Assembly: GCA_951406725.2 (NCBI GenBank)
Contig: OX597828.1
Coordinates: 37,820,001-37,884,000, forward strand
Origin: Octopus vulgaris
Lineage: Eukaryota
Reading direction: 5' to 3'
DNA: 64,000 bases
Below the pieces are notes generated by a model. That model was not told the DNA's origin. It did not search any database and saw nothing but the letters and a program-made list of their open reading frames with translations. Positions 28,861 to 40,270 of this stretch are shown in pieces (the stretch's first letter is position 1; each line of letters begins with the position of its first letter). The position numbers and the translations under genes were made by a program.

Positions 28861-30609
28861 TTATGTATCTGTCTTACATATTCATGTTATTTGGAAGTAG
28901 TCAACGTTCGTTGAACCTGTTGAAGAATAGAATCTGCGAGGTTTAAACGCTCTAGCGATTCTATCAGATGTTGAGGGCTCCAAAACAAAATTATCCCCGC
29001 TGACTTGTGGTTGGGTTACGCAACAGAACTCAAAAATATCAGCAGCATCCTCAAAGCAGAGATATAAAAAAATGATGACGCATACATCCTTGAAACATGA
29101 AACACAAAATCTTGAAGTAATTCCCCTCAAATAGAAAAAAGAATGAAATAAAATTAATTAAACTTTGTAACAAAATAAAAAGTTCTAATGTGAAAATAAT
29201 ATCTAGGAGAAATACATTAAATCTATTTTTTCTGATGTTAAAATGGAGTTTACAGAAACGCCGGGTTTGCTTTTCATAGATGTTGTATTATATTTAAGCT
29301 TTATTATTAGATGTTTTCATTACTTTTACATCTGGTGCTGTCACAGTAACCATCAAAGTTAACATAGCAACAGTGTCGTTATTATCAAACCAAGAAGGCG
29401 GCCTCAAAGTGGTCATTCATCCTGCTAGAAATAGCAACCAAATTTCCTTGAAGTCCTACTTACAGTCATAAGAAAAAAATAAATAGTCTCACTGAGAGTA
29501 TAGTCCGTGATATTTGTAAAAGAACGATGAAACGGTCATAGCTGGAACGCCTTTACTCATTTAGATTCACCTAATTAAATCTTACCACGGGGTAAGACAC
29601 CAACAACGCCAACAGCAACAATGACAACATCAAGAAACAATATCAATCATATTCGTTTTTCCGTATTTCCTCCACCCGTATTAGATATCAATAAAGAAAA
29701 AGATTTTAATGAATTTTACACACCGGTGTCTACTAATGGAATAAGATTTGGATACGATTCCTGCGTCTGTAGATGGAAACCATTTTTTGGTTAGGTGTGT
29801 CCAACAATTGACAAAACAGAAAAGCAACGAAAGCAAATAGGTAAAAAAAAGTCATATCATCGTTTTATTCCTTCCATATGTCCCGTTCCTTCATACTTAA
29901 ATATAGATATGTGTGTGTATGCGTGTGATTGCTTGTTTTTTTCCTTACGTCTAATATATCTCTATCACCATTAATCATTATTTGCTCACTCCCATACAGA
30001 CCATAACATCGCAATGACGACTATTCCGCACATATGCACAAATATTTAAGCATGCGTAGATGTGTGCGTGTGTATGCTTGTTCATTTTTATCATATATTC
30101 ACGTATAACATTCACACATACACTCATACAGACACGCATACACACACATACATACAGTAAGTATTTTGGTTATGGCAAACACAAATCTTTGTTGGCGATT
30201 TATTTTACGTTTTTCTCACACAAATATTCACAAATAGTCACTAGACATACATGAACAACAAGGTACAAACATACACAAACATATTCAGGAAGTCTCAACC
30301 ACAGATATGATAACCATGAACACATTATTTATCACAGTCATATCGCTATATTGCTTCAGAAAGCGCCATTTTAATTCAATAATCCCGCTGCATTAAAATT
30401 ACCGTATATATAAATAACTTGAAGGAAGTGGAGCGTTTTTTAATTTGAAAATCCCAGTCATTCTTGTGTTCTGGTGGTTATATCTGTTGCTTAACATTAG
30501 TCCGCCTGTAATCGAGTAGATATCTCTATATGATAATAACAAATATAAATGCTTCTTAGTTGATAACGGTTAGTTATTTCTCCATTCACGTTTTACATCG
30601 TATTGCGGG

Positions 30610-30656
<47 letters not shown>

Positions 30657-30830
30657 AAAGAGACATACGGAGAGAGTTAATATAAGAGATGCTGCAGGAA
30701 GAGTGCATATGATAGGCTTAGAAGAGGGTAATGCTAAGTTTACGAAAAATACACATTTCTTAATGAAATTTAAACATTTAACTTTCTGATAGAGTAAACT
30801 GCGATTATACCGATAAAATTCAGTTAAACA

Positions 30831-30915
<85 letters not shown>

Positions 30916-31045
30916 TACAATTTTAAAATAGGATAAAATCTTCATAAGAATTTATCAAGTAGTTAGCGTGAAAAACCTCATAATGGAAAAAAACCATCAA
31001 TGTTTTTCCTTTAAATTTATTTATTTATATTGTATAGAGGGCACC

Positions 31046-31231
31046 ATTACACATAAATGCCACACGCTAGGAGGGACTCTTAAAGTCAAAACTACTAAAA
31101 TATATAAACACGTCGTACCGAAACAATTTTTAAATTACTTGCTTCGAGAATTGTTTCGGTACGGTGTGTTTATTTATTTTAGTAGTTTTGACTTTAAGAA
31201 TCCCTCCTAGCGTGAGGTATCGGTGTGTAAT
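31046..31231. repeat. Imperfect inverted repeat (~82-bp arms, ~21-nt spacer), MITE-like
   Basis: CACGCTAGGAGGGA...AAAGTCAAAACTACTAAAATA...CGTACCGAAACAATT pairs with AATTGTTTCGGTACG...TATTTTAGTAGTTTTGACTTT...TCCCTCCTAGCGTG. Confidence 0.85.
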
Positions 31232-31494
31232 ATATATATAAGAGAAATTTGTATTAATTTTATTTCCAAGTGTTATATATATATATATATATATATATTG
31301 AAAATTGGCATACATTTTATTTCATGCTTTTGTATAAGCACCAGGAAACTTTATAATCTTTAATTTATAATATTGTATCTCTGCCATAGATCAAGATATA
31401 ACTCATGTTGGCAAAACTTCCAAAGTTCCCCAACATATGGCGTCAGTAATACTCTAGGATTATTGGTTTCAAATTTTGAAACAAATTCGAAGGA

Positions 31495-31642
31495 GGAACA
31501 TCGATCCCGGTGCTCTACTGGTACTTATTCATCGACCCCGAAAGAATAAAAGATGAAGTTGATCTCAGTGGATTTTGAACTCATAACGTAAAGACAAAGG
31601 AAATTTCACTAGCCATTAACGATTCTACTAGCTTGCCACGTT
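31495..31642 (-). mobile_element. Decayed SINE family A relative
   Basis: ACTGGTACTTATTCATCGACCCCGAAAG...TTTGAACTCATAACGT matches the family A body. Other decayed relatives lie at ~860-1070 and ~13985-14115. Confidence 0.6.
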
Positions 31643-31963
31643 ATACTCTAATATCATCCATAGTATTTTCATCTTGATCATCTTGTCCGTTTGTACATCC
31701 GGGTTCCCATAATTGGTTTCTTCCGTTTTCGATGGCTGGCCTCAAGTCAGCCCTGAGTTAACTTATAATCATAACACATTCTAAATATGACCACCCACAC
31801 TTTACTGTATTAGAAATTACAAATCCCCAGGCATTCTTCCTCTGTAATGTAAAAGCAGGACTAACAACTATTAGTTTGTCTTCATGCGTAATGTACGTGT
31901 GCCTTTCTCAGTGTAGTAATGTCGGTTCGTAGGCAACAGCCATGTTGAAGTGACGACAAGCAA

Positions 31964-32000
<37 letters not shown>

Positions 32001-32118
32001 AATGTATGTATGTATTAAATAGCGTAAAGGGATTTATATCCTACTTATATATAACTCAAGTTAAGAAACATTCGTATTAAATGCTTTCAAAATATCATTT
32101 CTTGGTTTGACTTCACAG

Positions 32119-32205
<87 letters not shown>

Positions 32206-32460
32206 ACATATATATATACACACACACATATACACACACACACACACATATATATATATACACACAACGTATATATATCTATATCTATATATATATATAT
32301 GTACATACCTATATCTAAATACACACACGCATATATATATACATATGTATGTATTTATATATATGCATACATATACATTTATATACGTACATAAATACAT
32401 ACATACCGACAGATAGATAGATAGATAGAGATACATATGTGTTTATGTATGTATGTATAA

Positions 32461-32497
<37 letters not shown>

Positions 32498-33006
32498 GGT
32501 TGTAGTCGTCGTCGGTACATTTTAATAATTGTATTTATTCAGTTAATGTTAGTTAATGATAGAGAAAATAGTATTAAAAGTATATTACTTTCTAATATCT
32601 ATAATATAAATACTCGGCCTGTGAAATTGCAATATCATTTGTGTCAGTATTAGGAGTAGCAGCACCACCATGACCACCGACACGACCATGACCACCATCA
32701 CCACCAACCACCACCACCACTACCGCTACTAGCACCAGCACCACCACCATCACCACCAATACCAGCTCCACGACTTAGAAAATTATCGTGGCACAAGCCT
32801 ATTGCAATATCGAAATATTCGAAGAATATACATAAAACGATATTTAGATTTCTATCTTAAACGTTTACAGCTTTCATGATGGATAATGTATGAATTCTAA
32901 AAGATTATTCCATAGATAGGTCTTGTGGAAATGAGGTAAATAAATGCGCATTATAGAACTATTCCAAACACGCGTGACCACACGCACACAAAGAGGCAAA
33001 AATAAA

Positions 33007-33100
<94 letters not shown>

Positions 33101-33103
<3 letters not shown>

Positions 33104-33231
33104 GCATATGTGTATGTACATATATATATATATATAGGTAGGTAATTTGATAGATTTATATATTTAGATATACATGCATATATATATCTACATACATAGA
33201 TACATACATATATACATACATATATACATAC

Positions 33232-33299
<68 letters not shown>

Positions 33300-33428
33300 C
33301 TTATAGATATTTTAATACGCTGTCACTTTCGATGACATATATTATTATTAGTAGTAGATATGGCGGTGCCCCAGCATGGCCACAGCTCATTAGCTGAAAC
33401 TGGAAAATCAAAATCTAATCAAAATATC

Positions 33429-33471
<43 letters not shown>

Positions 33472-33710
33472 TTACTCAAAAGGACGCTTACCTTCTATCT
33501 AGCTCTGTTTATACAACTACCAATCTGTGAATTATGTGTGTATACATACATACATACACACTCACACACACATGCACAACATATATTGCAAAATCGAGTC
33601 AAGAGCCGATGAGTTTTTTTGTTCATCGCACTTAGCAAAAATGTTGCATCAAAAATATATAAATATATATACATACATATATGCATACATACATACATAC
33701 ATACATGCAT

Positions 33711-33770
<60 letters not shown>

Positions 33771-34005
33771 GCATGTATGTATGTATGTATGTATGCATAT
33801 ATGTATGTATATATATTTATATATTTTTGATGCAACATTTTTGCTAAGTGCGATGAACAAAAACTCATCGGCTCTTGACTCGATTTTGCAATATATGTTG
33901 TGCATGTGTGTGTGAGTGTGTATGTATGTATGTATACACACATAATTCACAGATTGGTAGTTGTATAAACAGAGCTAGATAGAAGGTAAGCGTCCTTTTG
34001 AGTAA

Positions 34006-34052
<47 letters not shown>

Positions 34053-34184
34053 GATATTTTGATTAGATTTTGATTTTCCAGTTTCAGCTAATGAGCTGTG
34101 GCCATGCTGGGGCACCGCCATATCTACTACTAATAATAATATATGTCATCGAAAGTGACAGCGTATTAAAATATCTATAAGTTG

Positions 34185-34229
<45 letters not shown>

Positions 34230-34360
34230 GTATATGTATGTATATATGTATGTATATATGTATGTATCTATGTATGTAGATATATATATGCATGTATATC
34301 TAAATATATAAATCTATCAAATTACCTACCTATATATATATATATATGTATATACACATA

Positions 34361-34366
<6 letters not shown>
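33101..34366. repeat. ~1.3-kb near-perfect palindrome centred on (TA)n at ~33740
   Basis: 33293-33710 is the reverse complement of 33770-34188, and 33101-33240 mirrors ~34230-34366. Differences are mostly repeat lengths (T7 vs A5). Confidence 0.95.
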
Positions 34367-34400
<34 letters not shown>

Positions 34401-34503
34401 TATATTTATACATATATATATACATATATATATAATGGTATGACAACAAAAGAATGAATGAGATCTCGATATGTAAATAGAGGAATTTATCTGTAATATA
34501 ATA

Positions 34504-34584
34504 TGTGACAATTATTAGGTTGCTATAATAAACCTCCGACATCCGAAACTCGGAATTTTATTATGGCAACCAAATAATTGTCAC

Positions 34585-34585
<1 letters not shown>
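34504..34585. repeat. 82-bp hairpin, MITE-like, in TA context
   Basis: TGTGACAATTATTAGGTTGCTATAATAAACCTCCGA-(10 nt)-TCGGAATTTTATTATGGCAACCAAATAATTGTCACA, with TA on both flanks. Confidence 0.8.
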
Positions 34586-34656
<71 letters not shown>

Positions 34657-34800
34657 ATGTATATATATTGTTGTATTTCGGAATGGTCATTTTGCCAGTT
34701 TAGTCAATAAAAACACACGCACTATATATTTGGTGTTACTTTGCTTCAGTGTTATTTGTTTTTAATCTTATTAATGTAAAAAATAAATCATATATATATA

Positions 34801-34831
<31 letters not shown>

Positions 34832-34840
34832 GTATGTATA

Positions 34841-34874
<34 letters not shown>

Positions 34875-34984
34875 CATATACATATGTATATACACACACA
34901 TATATATATATATATGTAGATATGTAATTGTATATACATATATATATATGTAAATATATATATATGTATATATATATTTATGTA

Positions 34985-35015
<31 letters not shown>

Positions 35016-35088
35016 GTATCTATGTATACATACATATATATATATATGTACATATATATATATATATGTAAATATATATATGTACATA

Positions 35089-35173
<85 letters not shown>

Positions 35174-35174
<1 letters not shown>

Positions 35175-35414
35175 AAAATACCACATTGAACAAAGTCTAT
35201 CCTAATTGAATGAAACCATTTCCCTTTAATTTGTGGAACCAGTTGATCCTGTATGATATAACTTAATATTTATTTAACTGTCAATCAGTGAGATATTAGA
35301 CTAAATCAATTGAAGATCAGACAACAGAGTCAGTAGTTGTCAATTTGTATTCTAGTATTCTATCATTTGTAAATTCAACACAAGAAAGTCTCTTTTTCAA
35401 GAATGGACTGTATT

Positions 35415-35455
<41 letters not shown>

Positions 35456-35702
35456 TCTACACATGCTTTGATTTTTTGGAAAATACAACATTGAACAAAG
35501 GATATTGTAATATTTGAATGAAGCCATTTCACTTTGATTTGTGGAACCAGTTGCTCCTGTATGATAAAACTTAATATCTATTTAATCAGTGAGATATTAG
35601 ACTAAATCAGTTGAAGATCAGACAACAGACTCAGTAGTTGTCGGTTTGTATTCTGTCATTTGTAACCTCAACACATGAGAGTCTCTTTTTCAAATATGGA
35701 CT
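35174..35702. repeat. Diverged direct duplication (~230-bp unit, 35174-35410 and 35479-35702)
   Basis: GAAAATACCACATTGAACAAAG...TGTGGAACCAGTTG...GAGATATTAGACTAAATCA...CTCTTTTTCAA occurs twice, separated by (CA)n. Confidence 0.88.
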
Positions 35703-35991
35703 TTATGAAATTTTACTCATCATACATTGAAGGACAAATCTTTCAATTTACAATTTAATATAGTGGAACATTTAGTATATGTGTGTATACATATATATAT
35801 ATATATATATTACCTATTATATACATTATATTATTTTTGTAATTTACTTAATCTTTACTTTTTAATTGTCATTTTAATTTTAACTTTTCTATGATATACA
35901 ATTTTCTAGATGGTGTAATTTAATTGTTCATTTTGAATCGATAAAAGGTGATTTTTCTAATATTTTATGTATATGTATGTATATATACATA

Positions 35992-36157
35992 GGCGCAGGA
36001 GTGGCTGTGTGGTAAGTAGCTTGTTTACCAACAACATAGTTCCGGGTTCAGTCCCACTGCGTGGCATCTTGGCCAAGTGTCTTCTACTATAGCCTCGGGC
36101 CGACCAATGCCTTGTGAGTAGATTTGGTAGACGGAAACTGAAAAGAAGCCCGTCGTA

Positions 36158-36165
<8 letters not shown>
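35992..36165 (+). mobile_element. SINE family B 5' half
   Basis: Well-preserved head ending in the internal (TA)n. Confidence 0.85.
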
Positions 36166-36207
<42 letters not shown>

Positions 36208-36878
36208 CGTATATTTGCCATTTGAATATGGCTAACCCCTAAGGGTGGATGCTACTGTAGTTTGTAGCCCCAGGAAGACACCTCCTCCAGCTGGCTATAG
36301 ACACACTTTCTGTGTCCTATCAGTATTTATGAAGGGAAGTCATCCATCCCGTCTTCAACTTATGATACACACGGACTCGAGTTATAAGGTATTGACCTAT
36401 CATCGGCGTGTGACACTGTGAAATGGTCAAAACTGAAATTCTTTTTTCCCCAATTTCTTAGACACCCCTTGGAGTCAACAGACCAAAAATTTCTTTTCTT
36501 CTTCTTCCCTCTCCCTTCCCCTCTTTTTCTTTAGCACTCATCCCAAATACAAACACACACACACACACACGCACACACACATACACACATGTTCTCTCTC
36601 TCACTTTCTCCTCATCCATCACCCTCTTGTACTGTCTTATATTCCTCCCCACCACTACAAACTCAATACCACTATAAAATGGTCAAAACTCCTCACACAG
36701 AAACTTAGTTTGATTTGAAAACCCCACTAGAATGGGAGAAAGCACTAATACATGATCTAGGTTGTATGATATATAAAAAATGTAATATACAAATAAATAT
36801 CTGTAAATATAAGCCATCCGATTTTCTGAGTACCTTATTTCTTCTAATATAAAATACCTGTACATCATCTCCAAACCT

Positions 36879-36942
<64 letters not shown>

Positions 36943-37199
36943 ATACTAATGCCAGGAAGCTCTAAAAACAAAAACAGGAAGTAGAATGCACGTGCAACAG
37001 TAGAATATGCGGAAACGCAGTATAAACTTAATCCCATTTTTTTCTGGTTGTTTAGCCTTATCTATGTAATAATACATCGACAAAAATAACCTACTTAGGT
37101 TTAATTTTCACAAACTGTAATTTATACCACCATTTTGATATTTATTAAATGCTAATCCTTTTGATATTTATTAAATACTAAGCCCAATCGCAATCATAC

Positions 37200-37530
37200 T
37201 CTGCAAAAAGCTAATACAAATAAGCTGTGCCATCCAAGGATAGTAAGTTGGATATTGTTATCAGAGATCAACAATGGTTCCCAATCGAGGATTCAGTTAC
37301 TATAGATGCTAATATTTGTTAAAAAGAAATGGCGAAATTACCCCAGATATTAAGAGAGAAATCCACAATACTGAAACTGGAAACAGAAAGAATTCTTGTA
37401 TTAAATAATGGGCGTTCTGGGAATAATTAAACTGGATTCAGAATATTGCGCTACGAATTCCACAGGACATATTACTATGCATAATATACAGAAAGTAGAA
37501 CTACTAGTTACTGTAGACATATTACAGTGA
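37200..37530 (+). pseudogene. Decayed R4-clade restriction-like endonuclease region
   Basis: Fragments KLDIVIRDQQ...IEDSVTIDANI, IMGVLGII and NIQKVELLVTVDILQ* occur in the order expected for the PD..D...QK RLE domain. Confidence 0.5.
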
Positions 37531-38216
37531 ATTATTTTCAACCGAATATTGACAATACAATACTAAAGATGGTTCCAAATGTAAACGCTGTCCTTACCGA
37601 AAGCTTTGAAAGCCGCATTCGTTATGGAAGGAATGCATGCAATGATATTTGCAACACTGAATGAAATAATAACAGTGATGATGATATTCTTAATAATTGC
37701 TTTATTTGCCACAAGGGTGGACACAATAATAGAGAACAAGCAATAATAGTATTCCTTCTAGCAGAACAAATAATCTCATATTCATAGATTTTGCCACAAG
37801 GGTGAACATGTAAATAATGAGAAAAAGAACAAAAAATAAAAACAAAACAAAACGAAATGGTAATAGTATTCCTTGTATCATGCAAGCATCACATATTCGC
37901 ACATTTCTGTGCAAATATTGCAAAGAGAGTCATGTGATGAATAAATATTGTGAAAACGACAAAAATGAAAATCTAATGTTGAGAATCATATTTGTGTAGA
38001 TACACTTTGTGAATGTGCACAAGCAGAGAAAATTTGAAGCGTACATTCACACGCGTGTAATTTGTGCGCATGCGCGTGTATAGGTCACAGGAAGGGACAG
38101 CTACAAACTCCTCTGCGAATATACATTCATGTAAACAAATATACTAACAATCATTTCGAATATACTTGCGCACAATGATTCATATATTGAAATATAGTGA
38201 TGCACACACACACACG

Positions 38217-38283
<67 letters not shown>

Positions 38284-38334
38284 TTTACTTGTTTCAGACA
38301 CTAGACTGCCGCCATGCTAGGGAAATATGTATTT

Positions 38335-38378
<44 letters not shown>

Positions 38379-38531
38379 GATATATGCATGCTTACGTTAA
38401 TGTGTATATATATGTATTGGCCTGCTCGCTTAGCCAGCGGGGTGGCGTCATTTGAAGGCTAAAACAATGCGAAGCGCATTGTGACCAGCGATGTGTTACA
38501 ACATCTGATAGCCTGGTCGGTGACGGTGACG

Positions 38532-38569
<38 letters not shown>

Positions 38570-38854
38570 ACAAGAATTAAGAAATATGCATAAGATGGAA
38601 GCAGATGTCTTCACAAAAGGAACTAGACAATGCTTCTCTCCACAATACTGGATGGACCATCTGCCTGGTATGAAGTGCAGGCGAGGACAGCGGAGTCAAA
38701 CTCCCCCATGCACCAAATGGGCCAACAGCTGAAACAAAGGCATATACAGGAATGGTGATGTGAAACACCCAGGACTGAAAAAATCAAAATGATGATGGTG
38801 GTGCTCCAGCATGACTGCAGCTGCATGGCTGAAGCGAATAAAAGAATATGTAAT

Positions 38855-39560
38855 GGTGCATCCTTCAATGTGCATGTTGCTAAGTTAGCAATGAAATGCA
38901 GGCGGCTAGCCGGATGGATTTTGAGAATTTTCAAAACGAGGGATCAAGAAACCATCATGGTCCTAAGCCAATTTGACTGTTGCTCCCAGCTATTCTTACC
39001 AACCAATGTAAAATGAATTGCAGAACTTGAGGCAATCCTACGAAGATAACCTCTATGCAGTATATAAACTACTGGGAAAGACTCAATAATTTGAGACTCT
39101 ATTCTCTGGAGCGTAGGCGGGAAAGATATGCCGTAATATACATCTGGGGGATCCTGGAGCGACTTGTCCCAAACTTTGGCATTGAGAGTTGCATTAATGC
39201 TAGAACCGGGCACTAATTCATAGTGCCAAAGATTCCAAATTTTCCATCAAAATATAAGTCAATATATTGCAACAGCTTGGGCTTTAAGAGCCCACAGGTC
39301 TTCAATATCCTCCCAGAGGACTTGAGAGACCTGCATGAGATGGATGTAAGTATCTTCAAAACGAATCTAGGCTTCTTAGTGTCAAGAGTCCCAGATAAAC
39401 CAACTTCCAAATGAGGGCAGAGGCGTCAAACTTCGTCATACTCCAAATGTGAAGTTCTAAAATGTATTAGTGGAGTAAAAATTATTTAGTAATACAAAAT
39501 TTGCGGTGCCCCAGTATGGTCACAGCTCGTGAGATTAAACTGGTTCAATTCAATTTATAT
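38855..39560 (+). mobile_element. CR1/L2-group LINE 3' fragment with terminal tail
   Basis: GWILRIFKTRD, NYWERL..LRLYSLERRRERY and FNILPEDLR are ORF2 C-terminal motifs. Ends GCGGTGCCCCAGTATGGTCACAGC...TTCAATTCAATT. Confidence 0.75.
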
Positions 39561-39573
39561 ATATGTATATAAT

Positions 39574-39704
39574 TAGGGTGTCCCAAAAAAATGTATACAC
39601 ATAGTGGTTCGGCAAAAGAGAACGATAGAATAAGTACTAGGCTTACAAAGAATAACAAATTTACAATTATTTAAGGTGTGTATACATTTTTTGGGGACAC
39701 CCTG
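39574..39704. mobile_element. Tc1-like MITE
   Basis: TIRs (T)AGGGTGTCCCAAAAAAATGTATACAC / GTGTATACATTTTTTGGGGACACCCTG-TA. The interior carries a piece of the SINE B body. Confidence 0.75.
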
Positions 39705-39757
39705 TATATATATGTATATATAAATAGATAGATACATATATAGATATACAGAAAAGC

Positions 39758-39825
<68 letters not shown>

Positions 39826-39835
39826 GGATAGATTT

Positions 39836-39868
<33 letters not shown>

Positions 39869-39873
39869 TAGAC

Positions 39874-39969
<96 letters not shown>

Positions 39970-40270
39970 CTTTTTATTGTAGCCACACAGGGCTAAACAC
40001 AGAATAAAAATGGACGAAATACAATGTAGAATTTTTTCTTTTCGAGGTGGGATGGGTGGGGCAAAAAAAAAAAAAAAAAAAAAAACCTTTGATCAATAGA
40101 GATCTGTGGGTTGTGTGGTGTATAAAAAAGCATATATATATATATATATAAGGTTCACAGTTTAGGTGTAGCCTTGGAAAGAAAAACCTACAAAAAAGAC
40201 CAAGGTCACCTCAGACAGTTCGAAAAAGAACACATGAGTAAGTCGCCTTACTACTCGTTGTCTCTTTTGG

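Noticed and set aside
28880-29135. Non-repetitive stretch with short open frames, possible host exon
   Set aside because: No recognisable domain or supportable splice sites.
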